In this document: positions 9,668 through 19,436 of the stretch, piece by piece
How the letters are laid out: each line of letters begins with the position of its first letter
Numbering within the stretch: the first letter of the stretch is position 1
Assembly: GCA_963733035.1 (NCBI GenBank)
Contig: CAVTBU010000007.1
Span: 256,001 to 320,000 of the forward strand
Length of the DNA stretch: 64,000 nt
Reading direction: 5' to 3'
Origin: Pirellulales bacterium
Lineage (GTDB): Bacteria > Planctomycetota > Planctomycetia > Pirellulales > PALSA-1355
The notes under the pieces: generated by a model
The model's input: only the letters and a program-made list of their open reading frames with translations
What the model was told of the DNA's origin: nothing
Databases searched by the model: none
Position numbers and translations under genes: made by a program

Positions 9668-11287
9668 ATGTCCGCCACCGCCACGCAGCACAGACACGCC
9701 ACGAGAATCCAGGGCATCGAACTGTTGGCCCCGGTGCCAGCCGACGCCCGGGACATCCTCACCGCCGAGGCCTTGCAGTTTATGGCCGATCTGGAGCGCC
9801 TCACCCGCGCCACCCGCAAGCAGCTGCTGGTCGCCCGCGACGAGCGTCAGGCTCGGATCGATGCCGGTGAAATGCCCGACTTTTTGCCCGAAACGGCGGC
9901 CATTCGCGCGGGCGACTGGACGATTGCCCCCGTGCCTGCCGATTTGCAGGACCGCCGCGTGGAGATCACTGGCCCGGTCGACCGCAAGATGGTCATCAAC
10001 GCGCTCAACTCCGGCGCCAAGATGTACATGGCCGACTTCGAGGATTCGCATTCACCCACCTGGGAGGCGACGATTGCGGGCCAAGTGAATCTTCGCGACG
10101 CGATCAATGGCACGATTGAATACATCGGCCCCAACAGCAAGCACTATACGCTCGATAAAGAGACAGCCACGCTGCTGGTGCGACCGCGCGGCTGGCATCT
10201 GGTCGAAAAACACATGCTCGTCGACGGCGAGCCGATTTCGGCCGGCATTTTCGACTTCGGTCTGTATTTCTTCCATAACGCTCAGGCCTTGGTCGACAAG
10301 GGAACCGGTCCCTATTTCTACCTGCCGAAGCTCGAAAGCCACTTGGAAGCCAGGCTCTGGAACGAAGTGTTCCGCACGGCTCAGATGGCGATCGGGTTGC
10401 CGCAGGGGACGATCAAGGCCACGGTGCTCATCGAAACCATTCTGGCCGCCTTCGAGATGGACGAAATCCTCTACGAGTTGCGCAACCACGCCGCGGGCCT
10501 GAATTGCGGTCGCTGGGATTACATCTTCAGTTTCATTAAGAAGTTTCGCAATCGACCGCAGTGCGTGCTGCCCGATCGGGCCCAGGTCACGATGACCACG
10601 CACTTTTTGCGCTCGTACTCGCGGCTGCTGATCGAAACCTGTCATCGACGTGGCGCCCACGCCATGGGTGGCATGGCCGCGCAGATTCCGATCAAGAACG
10701 ACCCGGTGGCCAACGGCGAAGCCCTGGCCAAGGTGCGTGCCGACAAGGAACGCGAGGCGGGCGACGGACACGACGGGACTTGGGTTGCCCACCCCGGGCT
10801 GGTGGGCGTCGCGATGGAGGTCTTCGATGCACACATGTTCTCTTCGAATCAAATCTTCCGCCGCAACCCGGACTTGCACGTCACGGCGGCCGATCTGCTC
10901 GCGGTTCCTCAGGGAGATATTACTCCCCAGGGCCTGCACACCAACGTGGCGGTCGGCCTTCGCTACCTCGAAGCCTGGCTCCGTGGCAACGGCTGCGTGC
11001 CGATCTTCAACCTGATGGAAGACGCCGCCACGGCCGAGATTTCCCGGGCCCAAATCTGGCAATGGATCCAGCATCCGGCCGGCAAATTCGCGGACGGCAC
11101 CAAGATCACGCCCGAACTGGTCGAACTGGTGCTTCGCCGCGAGCTGGCCGACTTGCGCGTGTCGCTTGGCGACGAAGCCTACCCAAAAAGCAAGTTCGAC
11201 GCCGCGGGCGAATTGTTCCTGTCGATCAGCACCGCGCCCGAGTTCGTCGACTTCCTGACGCTGCCGGCTTACGAACAACTGAACTAA
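9668..11287 (+). CDS. aceB: malate synthase A
   Basis: 539 aa with motifs RRVEITGP, ADFED, VRPRGWHL, YLPKLE, LNCGRWDYIFS, LMEDAATAEISR. Confidence 0.97.
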   Translation: MSATATQHRHATRIQGIELLAPVPADARDILTAEALQFMADLERLTRATRKQLLVARDERQARIDAGEMPDFLPETAAIRAGDWTIAPVPADLQDRRVEITGPVDRKMVINALNSGAKMYMADFEDSHSPTWEATIAGQVNLRDAINGTIEYIGPNSKHYTLDKETATLLVRPRGWHLVEKHMLVDGEPISAGIFDFGLYFFHNAQALVDKGTGPYFYLPKLESHLEARLWNEVFRTAQMAIGLPQGTIKATVLIETILAAFEMDEILYELRNHAAGLNCGRWDYIFSFIKKFRNRPQCVLPDRAQVTMTTHFLRSYSRLLIETCHRRGAHAMGGMAAQIPIKNDPVANGEALAKVRADKEREAGDGHDGTWVAHPGLVGVAMEVFDAHMFSSNQIFRRNPDLHVTAADLLAVPQGDITPQGLHTNVAVGLRYLEAWLRGNGCVPIFNLMEDAATAEISRAQIWQWIQHPAGKFADGTKITPELVELVLRRELADLRVSLGDEAYPKSKFDAAGELFLSISTAPEFVDFLTLPAYEQLN

Positions 11288-11345
11288 CTCCCCTTCTCGT
11301 TTTCACTTCACTTCCATGCTTTAGTACGAAAAGGGATCGCCGACC

Positions 11346-12641
11346 ATGTCCGAACCACGAACCGCCGCCGACATCGAAGCTGATTGGACCGACCATCCGC
11401 GCTGGGAAGGTATCCGCCGCGACTTCTCGGCGGTCGACGTCGTTCGCCTCCGCGGCAGCATGCACATCGAACACACGCTGGCCCGCCGTGGCGCAGAGAA
11501 GCTTTGGCAGCTGCTCAACTTCGAGCCGTACATCAACGCGCTGGGTGCGCTGACCGGCAACCAGGCCGTGCAAATGGCCGAAGCGGGGTTGAAGGCGATT
11601 TACCTCAGCGGTTGGCAGGTCGCGGCCGATGCAAACAACGCGGGTCAGATGTATCCCGATCAAAGCCTTTACCCGGCCGACAGCGTCCCAAACCTCGTTC
11701 GCCGCCTGAACAACGCGCTGCGGCGGGCCGACCAGGTGCAGCACCTGGAAGGTCGACAGGACGTCGATTACTTCCTGCCGATCGTGGCGGACGCCGAGGC
11801 CGGTTTCGGCGGTCCGCTGAACGCCTTCGAACTGATGAAGGGGATGATCGAAGCGGGCGCCGCTGGCGTGCACTTCGAAGATCAGCTGGCGAGCGAGAAG
11901 AAGTGCGGACACATGGGGGGCAAAGTTCTGGTGCCCACGCAGCAGTTCATTCGCACCCTCGCCGCCGCCCGCTTGGCATCCGACGTGCTCGACGTGCCCA
12001 CCGTGCTGGTCGCCCGCACGGATGCGAATAGTGCGCAATTGCTCACCAGCGACGTCGACCAGCGGGACCGACGCTTCATCACTGGCGAGCGAACGCCCGA
12101 AGGTTTCTTCCGTATCTCGGGTGAGCTCGACATCGCAATCGACCGCGGCTTGTCGTACGCCCCGTACGCCGACTTGCTATGGTGCGAAACGTCGACACCC
12201 GACTTGGACGAAGCGCGGAGATTCGCCGAATCGATTCACGCCGAGTTCCCAGACAAACTGTTGGCGTACAACTGTTCGCCGAGCTTCAACTGGAAAAAGA
12301 AACTCGACGACACCACAATCGCCCGCTTCCAGCGCGAGCTGGGCGCAATGGGCTACAAATACCAGTTCATCACGCTGGCCGGCTTCCATGCGTTGAACCT
12401 ATCGATGTTCGAGCTGGCGCGGGGTTATCGCAAAACCGGTATGACCGCCTACGCGGCGCTGCAAGAGCGCGAGTTTGCCCGCGAGGCCGATTCGGGCTAC
12501 CGCGCCACGAAACATCAGCGGTTTGTCGGCACTGGTTACTTCGATGAGATTGCTCAAGCGATCGCCGGCGGACGTTCGTCAACGACGGCGCTGTGCGGAT
12601 CCACCGAGGAGGCTCAATTCGAGGCCCAGCCGGCAGCGTAA
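11346..12641 (+). CDS. aceA: isocitrate lyase
   Basis: 431 aa with catalytic [11 protein letters not shown], plus [35 protein letters not shown]. Confidence 0.97.
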   Translation: MSEPRTAADIEADWTDHPRWEGIRRDFSAVDVVRLRGSMHIEHTLARRGAEKLWQLLNFEPYINALGALTGNQAVQMAEAGLKAIYLSGWQVAADANNAGQMYPDQSLYPADSVPNLVRRLNNALRRADQVQHLEGRQDVDYFLPIVADAEAGFGGPLNAFELMKGMIEAGAAGVHFEDQLASEKKCGHMGGKVLVPTQQFIRTLAAARLASDVLDVPTVLVARTDANSAQLLTSDVDQRDRRFITGERTPEGFFRISGELDIAIDRGLSYAPYADLLWCETSTPDLDEARRFAESIHAEFPDKLLAYNCSPSFNWKKKLDDTTIARFQRELGAMGYKYQFITLAGFHALNLSMFELARGYRKTGMTAYAALQEREFAREADSGYRATKHQRFVGTGYFDEIAQAIAGGRSSTTALCGSTEEAQFEAQPAA

Positions 12642-12651
12642 GAGACCATCA

Positions 12652-12760
12652 GGCAGCTTCGGGGTGCGGGATACGCTTGAGAGAGTCCGGAGCAGGTGAA
12701 GATGCATGGGACGTATTTCCGTCGCAGACTCTCAAACCCGAATCCCAAACCCCGGCTGCC
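12652..12760. repeat. long imperfect inverted repeat (~35 bp arms)
   Basis: GGCAGCTTCGGGGTGCGGGATACGCTTGAGAGAGTC (12652-12687) pairs imperfectly with GACTCTCAAACCCGAATCCCAAACCCCGGCTGCC (12727-12760). Confidence 0.7.
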
Positions 12761-12773
12761 ACCAAAACCTACC

Positions 12774-12858
12774 AAGGAATGGAAAACAGGGCTTCTGGGG
12801 AGTAGCCCTCGGTGCCGCGCTGTGGTTTCTACGGCCACAGCGCGGCCCATTCCTTTTC
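12774..12858. terminator. three-way-junction hairpin element; terminator and/or small structured RNA
   Basis: AAGGAATGG/CCATTCCTT (12774-12782/12847-12855) encloses AGGGCT/AGCCCT (12788-12793/12804-12809) and a perfect 12-bp stem GCCGCGCTGTGG/CCACAGCGCGGC (12814-12825/12835-12846); lies between convergent genes. Confidence 0.55.
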
Positions 12859-12919
12859 TGGTACACACGGGCAGGCCGCGAGGCCGCCGATCGGCTGCGC
12901 GGCCCGCATCGGTCGCAGA

Positions 12920-13909
12920 TTACTGGATCGAGTTCTCGATCACCCGGAAAACTCCCTGGATGACACCGATCGCCTGCTGTTGATCAGCCTTGCCATCGGG
13001 GTCGTTGTAGAACAAGTCGAATGTGTACCACTTGCCGTTCTTGTTCTTCAGCAGCCAATTGCCGGCCAGGAGCTGATCTTCCGAGCCCCCTTTGAATCCG
13101 ACGAACGGCCATGTGTCTTGATCGTACTGAAGCTTTTTGTCGAGCGTGAGCACCTGCCGCAACTGGCTGGCCGGCATGCCGTCTTGGGTATGGTTGCGGA
13201 TCCAATCCAACGCGTAGCTCATGTCCAGCGGCGTGGCATACCATTCGGCCACGTCGTAAGCGCCGGTGTCGAAGTCCACGGCGTCGTAGTCGAGTTCACC
13301 CTGGAAGTGATCGGCAAGAAACTTTCGGCGGGCAGCGTCGTCGAGCTTCCGGTATTGATTGCCCAGCATGCCGGTCTTCTTGTCGCGAAGCATCGTCATC
13401 TCGCGTGTCGAGAGTAGTGGACGATTCCAATCGGCGTTGCGGTCGCCCATCCGCGTCATCTGTTCCTCGATCCGTTCCCTCCCGAGCAGGTACAACAAGT
13501 GATCGGTTGCCGTATTGTCGCTGATCGAGATCATCTTCAGCGACAGGGTAGACAGCGTCACGGGCGACCCAACCGGCCACTCGGCCATCTCGCTGTGCGG
13601 CGGGCCTTTCAGGTCGGCGCGCAGCCGCATGATGTCGTCCCGGCTGCGACGGTCGTTGTTCACTTCGTCGATCAGTGTGCCAAGGATAAACAGTTTGAAG
13701 CTCGAACCGACGGCGAAGCGTTCATCTTGACGCACGCCGAAAAGCACCTGTGGCCCCTTGGGCGTCAGCTCCGTAAAGACCATGCCGGTATGTCCCGGCA
13801 GTTTTGCCAGTTCCTGTTGAATGACCTCCGTCACGTCGCCCGTCGACGGTTCCTTGGGTGCGGCCGGCAAAACGGCAAACGTCAGCAACGACAATAGCGC
13901 GAAATACAT
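12920..13909 (-). CDS. secreted serine hydrolase, class A beta-lactamase-like fold
   Basis: Signal MYFALLSLLTFAVLPA; SxxK (FAVGSSFK), SDN (ISDNTATD) and KGG triad. Confidence 0.88.
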   Translation of the reverse strand: MYFALLSLLTFAVLPAAPKEPSTGDVTEVIQQELAKLPGHTGMVFTELTPKGPQVLFGVRQDERFAVGSSFKLFILGTLIDEVNNDRRSRDDIMRLRADLKGPPHSEMAEWPVGSPVTLSTLSLKMISISDNTATDHLLYLLGRERIEEQMTRMGDRNADWNRPLLSTREMTMLRDKKTGMLGNQYRKLDDAARRKFLADHFQGELDYDAVDFDTGAYDVAEWYATPLDMSYALDWIRNHTQDGMPASQLRQVLTLDKKLQYDQDTWPFVGFKGGSEDQLLAGNWLLKNKNGKWYTFDLFYNDPDGKADQQQAIGVIQGVFRVIENSIQ

Positions 13910-14053
13910 GGCCAGGCACCTCCCCAAAAGCCCAGAAAGCCAGTGAGACCCGAACTGAGCCTCTCCGCAACTCTAGTTGCGCCACCGGTCGGGCGCGGCC
14001 AGGCAGCGACCCGGCCTTGGGACCATTGGAACCGGTCGGAGCCGTTTTGCGGT

Positions 14054-15625
14054 TTACAACGCGGAGCCGGGGAGCGGCACGGCGTGGCCGGTCCGTTTGT
14101 CGCGGGGCATCTGTGCGTCGACGCTGCGCAAATAGGAGCCCAACTCGCTCGCAAGCCGCTCTCGAATCTCCGCTTGCTCGTCGGCCAGGTTGTGGGTTTC
14201 ACCCAAGTCATCGGCCAGGTTGAACAGCTCGTAGCGACCGTCCGCGTGGTAGTAGATCAGCTTCCAAGCACCGTGACGAATTGTGCTCGACGGGGCGATG
14301 CCCGGACCGTCGCCTCCCCAGTGGTTCGGATAGTGCCAGAATAGCGGCCGGTCGTCGCGGGCCGCGTCATGCTGGCCGTGCAACAGTCCGACAAAACTCA
14401 GGCCGTCCATCCCACCGATCTGCTCGAAGCCCTCGACGCCGGCCATTTCCAAAATGGTCGGGAAGTAGTCGTGAATGATGACCGGCTGCGAACAGGCCGA
14501 CGCCTTTTCCGTCACGCCGGGCCAGCGAACGATCATCGGCACGCGAATGCCACCTTCGTAGGCGGACCCCTTGCCGCTAGCCAAGGGCCGGTTGTGCGTG
14601 TTTGGCTCGCCGCCACGTGCATGCGCGCTCAGGCCCCCGTTGTCGGACATGAACAGCACAATCGTTTCGTCGCTTAGTCCATGTCGTTCGACGTTGTCGA
14701 GCAAATCGCCAAGCGAGCGGTCCATCCCTTCAACCAGCGCCGAGTACATGGCCTCCTTGTGATCGAGCCCCGCGTCGCGATAGGCCTGGTAGAAACGCTT
14801 GTCGATCGAATACGGCGTATGCACCGCGTAGTGGGCCATGTAGAGGAAGAACGGCTTCTTGTCGGCCACGGCGTCGTCCATGGCCAGATTGGCTTCGCGC
14901 GTCAATGCTTCAGTCAGGAAAATGTCCTGGCCATGGTACTTCTCTAGGCCGGGAATATCCCAAACGCGATCCCCCTTGCGATGCCGGGCACTAAAGTTCT
15001 CGGTGCCCAGGTAGCTGCCGGGTCCACCGGCCGCATGACCGCCGATATTGACGTCAAAGCCCAGGTTGAGCGGATCGGCCCCGGGCGTGCCGACGGCGCC
15101 GAAGTGGGCTTTGCCGACGTGAATCGTACGGTAGCCCGCCTTCTGCAATACGGACGGTAGTGGCGTCGCGTGAACCGTGCGCGCGACGCCAGCCGTCGGC
15201 GATAGTCCGCCGGTGTTCCAGGCCGGAAACTCCAATGTCGGGTGTGGACGGTCGGTGCCCGGGTCAACGCGTAGCGTCCAGTTTGTGACGCGGTGATGCG
15301 GCGCTGCCAGGCCCGTAATCAGGCTCACTCGGGTTGGCGTGCACACAGTGCAGGCGTAAGCCTGGGTGAACTTCATTCCGCTGGCGGCCAGCCGCTCCAT
15401 GTTCGGTGTGCGGTAGCGTCGGTTGAAGGGAGTGACTTCCGTGTGAAACGGCACCGAAGTATCCTGCCAGCCCATGTCGTCGACCAAAAACACCAGGATA
15501 TTCGGCTGCTTGCGACCTGGGGGTTCGTCGGCGCGGGCCTCTGGCATCAGCCACGTGCCCCACATGGCGAAGCTCAGCATGAATGCGGCCCACAGCGCCG
15601 GCCAGATTCGTCGATCACTTTTCAT
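14054..15625 (-). CDS. sulfatase (formylglycine-dependent, Cys type)
   Basis: PNILVFLVDDMG, CTPTR (CxPxR), GYRTIHVGKAH, SDNGG, YEGGIRVP, ELFNLADDLGE; signal peptide. Confidence 0.95.
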   Translation of the reverse strand: MKSDRRIWPALWAAFMLSFAMWGTWLMPEARADEPPGRKQPNILVFLVDDMGWQDTSVPFHTEVTPFNRRYRTPNMERLAASGMKFTQAYACTVCTPTRVSLITGLAAPHHRVTNWTLRVDPGTDRPHPTLEFPAWNTGGLSPTAGVARTVHATPLPSVLQKAGYRTIHVGKAHFGAVGTPGADPLNLGFDVNIGGHAAGGPGSYLGTENFSARHRKGDRVWDIPGLEKYHGQDIFLTEALTREANLAMDDAVADKKPFFLYMAHYAVHTPYSIDKRFYQAYRDAGLDHKEAMYSALVEGMDRSLGDLLDNVERHGLSDETIVLFMSDNGGLSAHARGGEPNTHNRPLASGKGSAYEGGIRVPMIVRWPGVTEKASACSQPVIIHDYFPTILEMAGVEGFEQIGGMDGLSFVGLLHGQHDAARDDRPLFWHYPNHWGGDGPGIAPSSTIRHGAWKLIYYHADGRYELFNLADDLGETHNLADEQAEIRERLASELGSYLRSVDAQMPRDKRTGHAVPLPGSAL

Positions 15626-15933
15626 GGGGTCAGACTACTCGGGGAAAGATGGCAGGGCAGGGGGGATTTTGGACAATCGCCATCTTAACTGAGCTTTGGC
15701 ACGCTGTCGAAGGTTGCCAAAACGCAACGTGGCGCTTGCTTTTGATAACGTTCGTTCGGTTCGGATCCTGCTGTCTAGCGCTCGACAGCCCGGTCATGCG
15801 GTTCCGGTCGTGTCAGTCCTGGCGAGCGCGACAGCGGCTGGAAAGTTGCAGCACACAACGGCATGCCATCTGCCCCTGCTGCTCGCCAGTCGACACGTCA
15901 CCACCAAATCTCCCGAAGAGGTTGATCGCCGCC

Positions 15934-16908
15934 ATGCACCAGCAACTGCTCCCGGATTGGACACCCCAGCAATACGCCGCCCTGGAAAACGAGATCCTGC
16001 TCGCTCCGCATCTGCTGCACAAGTCGGGCTTGTTCGACGACGAGAATCTGATTCGCCTGCTCGATGAACATCCGCTGTGCGACCTGGGCGTCAATACGAT
16101 GGGCACCAGTCACACGCAGTTCGAGTGGCGCGAAGGGGACCGCAACGGAGTCCCCTCGGACGTGCTGTTGGACCTGGTGCGACGCGGCCGCTTGTGGATC
16201 AACCTGCGGAAGGTGCTGGTCCACCATCCCGAAATCCGCGAGGCAGTCGACTCCGTTTACAACGAACTCGAGTTGAAGAACCCCAGCTTCAAGGCCGAAC
16301 AGCGTTCGGCGAACCTGCTCATCTCGTCTCCGGGCGCGCTCGTGCACTACCATCTGGACACGCCCGTAAATATGCTGTGGCACATTCGCGGTATGAAGCG
16401 AGTATGGATCTATCCGCTGACTCCGGAATTCGTTTCACAGCAGCACATCGAAGGGATCTATTGCGGCGAATTCGCCGAGGATTTGCCCTACGAAAGCTGG
16501 TTTGATGAGCATGCCGAGGTGTTCGACGTCCGGCCGGGCCAAATGCTTACCTGGCCGCAAAATACCCCTCACCGGGTGACGAATCTGGACGGAATGAACG
16601 TCTCGCTCTCGACCGAGCACAAAAATGCCCGGGCTTTACGCCGTGGAAACGTGCATTTGGCCAACCGGTTTTTGCGACGTACGTTTAAACTGCCGTGCCG
16701 GTCGACGAAAGTCGACGGGCCGGTCGCGCATTGGAAACAATTTGCGATTCGCGTCGCCCGACGCTTGCCTTGGACTCAGACCGAGCCGGTCAAGCGGGGC
16801 ATCGACTACGCGGTTAGTTTCCGTGTCGATCCGGACGCTCCCCAAGGTTTTACGCTGCTAGACGGCGCGACGGTCGACGTCGGGCACGAGCAACCCGTGG
16901 GAGTGTAG
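15934..16908 (+). CDS. JmjC/cupin-like Fe(II)/2-oxoglutarate oxygenase
   Basis: HxD...H triad: VHYHLDTPVNMLWHIRGMKRVWIYP...PGQMLTWPQNTPHRV. ATG 15934 chosen because the 5' extension to 15583 overlaps the sulfatase start. Confidence 0.8.
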   Translation: MHQQLLPDWTPQQYAALENEILLAPHLLHKSGLFDDENLIRLLDEHPLCDLGVNTMGTSHTQFEWREGDRNGVPSDVLLDLVRRGRLWINLRKVLVHHPEIREAVDSVYNELELKNPSFKAEQRSANLLISSPGALVHYHLDTPVNMLWHIRGMKRVWIYPLTPEFVSQQHIEGIYCGEFAEDLPYESWFDEHAEVFDVRPGQMLTWPQNTPHRVTNLDGMNVSLSTEHKNARALRRGNVHLANRFLRRTFKLPCRSTKVDGPVAHWKQFAIRVARRLPWTQTEPVKRGIDYAVSFRVDPDAPQGFTLLDGATVDVGHEQPVGV

Positions 16909-16965
16909 GGGCGGCCCTGAAAACAAGAGTCACCCTCACACCATCCACGGCGAGCCGGAGGCAGG

Positions 16966-18108
16966 ATGCAAGTCACGTTACTCACGCAATTGGACGAACT
17001 CGAAGCTCGCGCCGACCAGTGGCGACGCCTGGTCAAAGGGCATCCGTTCCTCGGTCCCGACTGGCTGATCTCCTGGTGGAAACACCTGGGCGGCGCCAAT
17101 CCTCAGGATGGCCACGCGCCTCGTTTGGCCACGCTTGCCGTCAGCGACGCCGAAGGGAAACTCGTGGCGCTGGCCCCTTGGTACCTGCAGCATTCGCTGT
17201 TGCACGGCCGGACGCTGCGGTTCCTCGGTTCGGGCGACGTGTGCAGCGACTACCTTTCGATCGCCTGCCGCACTGGCGACGAACAGCCGGCACTGCAGGC
17301 TATCGCCGATTGGCTCATCGAAAATCATGGACGCAATGATGAAGCCGGGTGGGATCTGGTAGCGCTCGAAGCTGTTGACCTCACCGACCCGCTGATCAAA
17401 GGACTGATGGCCGCCGTGGAAGACCGCGGCGCGATTACCAGCACCCGGCCGGCCGGCAATTGCTGGCGGATCGCGCTGCCCGAGTCGTGGGAGGAGTACG
17501 TCGCGCAGCTCTCGAAAACGAACCGCAAGCGAGTCCGCCGCCTCGACCGCAACTATTTGCAGACCGGCCGTGCGGAACTCCATCGCGTGGCCTCCGCAGA
17601 ACAACTTGCCGAGGGCTTTGCGCTGCTGGTCGATTTGCACACCCGGCGCTGGAAAACGCGGGGCGAAGAGGGAATCTTCGCCGAGCCGGGAATCTACGAC
17701 TTTCATCGCGAGGTAACCGAGCGGCTGCTGGCAACCGGTCACCTGCGGCTTTCGTGGTTGACGATCGACGGACAGCCCGCCGCGGCGGAGTACTACCTAA
17801 CCGACGGCAGCGTGTTGTATTCGTATCAATCCGGGTTCGACCCGGCTTTGATCTCGCACGAACCCGGTGTGCTGATCCTGGTGGCGACCATTCAAGACAT
17901 CATTGAATGTGGCTACACGGCCCTCGATTTCCTGCGTGGCGACGAACCGTATAAGCTCGATTGGCGATCCGAGCGGCGTCCCATTCATGACGTCCGAATT
18001 CTGCCTGGCGACTTGCCCGGCTATTTGCGGCAGTCGCTCTGGCAGGCGGCCACGAGCGCAAAGGACCTGCTGCGGGCCGGTCGCGACGCAGTGATTCATG
18101 CCCGGTAA
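16966..18108 (+). CDS. CelD/BcsL-type GNAT (Acetyltransf_6 / FemAB-like fold)
   Basis: HPFLGPDWLISWW, LVALAPW, CSDYL, SWEEYVAQLSKTNRKRVRR, YSYQSGFDP, LDFLRGDEPYK; GGAGG RBS. Confidence 0.9.
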   Translation: MQVTLLTQLDELEARADQWRRLVKGHPFLGPDWLISWWKHLGGANPQDGHAPRLATLAVSDAEGKLVALAPWYLQHSLLHGRTLRFLGSGDVCSDYLSIACRTGDEQPALQAIADWLIENHGRNDEAGWDLVALEAVDLTDPLIKGLMAAVEDRGAITSTRPAGNCWRIALPESWEEYVAQLSKTNRKRVRRLDRNYLQTGRAELHRVASAEQLAEGFALLVDLHTRRWKTRGEEGIFAEPGIYDFHREVTERLLATGHLRLSWLTIDGQPAAAEYYLTDGSVLYSYQSGFDPALISHEPGVLILVATIQDIIECGYTALDFLRGDEPYKLDWRSERRPIHDVRILPGDLPGYLRQSLWQAATSAKDLLRAGRDAVIHAR

Positions 18109-18279
18109 ACACGGCACGCATTCCCCTCCCTGCGCTTGCCGCGCCAAGCTCCGGTCGCATCGTATTGTTCGCCGTCCGTTTTTTGTCGCGCGGCCACGTT
18201 ACTGAGGTGCCGCTCACCATCGAGCACGGTAGAATGACACCGCAGGCCGAGTACCCGCCCATTCGGATGGAAGTCTGGT

Positions 18280-19425
18280 ATGGATCCAATCGAATTCACG
18301 TCGAATGCCGCCCCGACGCTGGGCATCGAGCTGGAACTTGCGCTGGTCGATGCGGAATCGATGGCGCTGTCGAGTTCAATCCAGCAGGTGCTCGAGCGCG
18401 TGCCGCCCCAGTTTGCCGGCAACGTCAAGCCCGAGCTAATGCAGTCCTATGTCGAAATCAATACCGGCGTTTGCCACACGGTCGACGAGGCCGAGGGCGA
18501 TCTACGCGAAAAGCTACTGGCGCTGCAGAGCGTGACCGACGGCCTAGGACTGCGTCTCTATTGGGCCGGCACCCATCCATTTTCAAACTGGCGCGATCAA
18601 CTTGTTTCGCCCAGTGAGCGCTACCAGCGGCTGGTCGAAATGTTGCAGGACATGGCCCGGCAGTTGGTCTGCTTCGGGCTGCACGTACATGTCGGCGTGA
18701 ACTCGGGCGACAAGGCGGTGATGATCTGCGACCGCATCATGCGGCACCTACCCACGCTGCTGGCCTTGAGCTCAAACAGTCCCTGGTGGAACGGTCGCGT
18801 ATCGGGGCTCCGCTCGCATCGCGCCAAAATCATGGAGGGCCTTCCCACGGCCGGTCTACCACCGTTGATGCGGAATTGGAGCGAATACGTCTGGCTCGTG
18901 CGGCACCTTGTTGAAACGGGCTTCATCGATTCGATCCGCGAGATCTGGTGGGACGTACGCCCGCACCACAACTTTGGCACCGTCGAAGTGCGCATGTGCG
19001 ACATCCCCGGCAACCTGGAAGACAGCCTGGCGCTGGCCGCGCTGACGCAATGTCTCGTCAAGGCGCTCTCCGACGAGATCGACCGCGGTACCTACCAGCA
19101 CGATTGCCATCCGATGATGGTTCGCCAGAACAAGTGGCGGGCCAGCCGCTACGGCCTCGAAGCCGAATTAATCGATCCACTTACGTTTGAGCCACATAGC
19201 GTGCGCGAAATTGTGGCCCGCATGGTCGAAAAATTGCAGCCCGTTGCCGACCAACTTGGTTGCACTCGTTGGCTGAATCGCGTCTCGGAGCTGGCGCAGG
19301 GCAAGAGTTGGGCCGTGCGGCAACTCGAAGTACTCGACGCGACCGGCAGCCCCCAGGAGGTTGTCCGACATTTTTCCGATCTCTCGCGGCTGCAACCGAT
19401 GGCCATTCAGTCTTCCGGAACCTAG
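18280..19425 (+). CDS. ybdK: YbdK-family carboxylate-amine ligase (glutamate-cysteine ligase type 2)
   Basis: TLGIELEL, PELMQSYVEINT, FGLHVHVG, LALSSNSPWW, IWWDVRP, GTVEVRMCD, NKWRASRYG. Confidence 0.92.
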   Translation: MDPIEFTSNAAPTLGIELELALVDAESMALSSSIQQVLERVPPQFAGNVKPELMQSYVEINTGVCHTVDEAEGDLREKLLALQSVTDGLGLRLYWAGTHPFSNWRDQLVSPSERYQRLVEMLQDMARQLVCFGLHVHVGVNSGDKAVMICDRIMRHLPTLLALSSNSPWWNGRVSGLRSHRAKIMEGLPTAGLPPLMRNWSEYVWLVRHLVETGFIDSIREIWWDVRPHHNFGTVEVRMCDIPGNLEDSLALAALTQCLVKALSDEIDRGTYQHDCHPMMVRQNKWRASRYGLEAELIDPLTFEPHSVREIVARMVEKLQPVADQLGCTRWLNRVSELAQGKSWAVRQLEVLDATGSPQEVVRHFSDLSRLQPMAIQSSGT

Positions 19426-19436
19426 TTGAATTGAGC

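Noticed and set aside
12797..12806. GGGGAGTAGC resembles the 5' signature of the yybP-ykoY manganese riboswitch
   Set aside because: The downstream elements (UCAAUAC-like loop, GAGACC) are not present 3' of it, and no co-oriented gene follows on the + strand.
15583..15933. Long 5' extensions in the ORF track (also 19260-19436, 41873-42160, 56791-56958, 56907-57002, 9377-9469)
   Set aside because: They overlap neighbouring genes or promoters and lack family similarity; downstream ATGs, several with clear RBSs, fit better.
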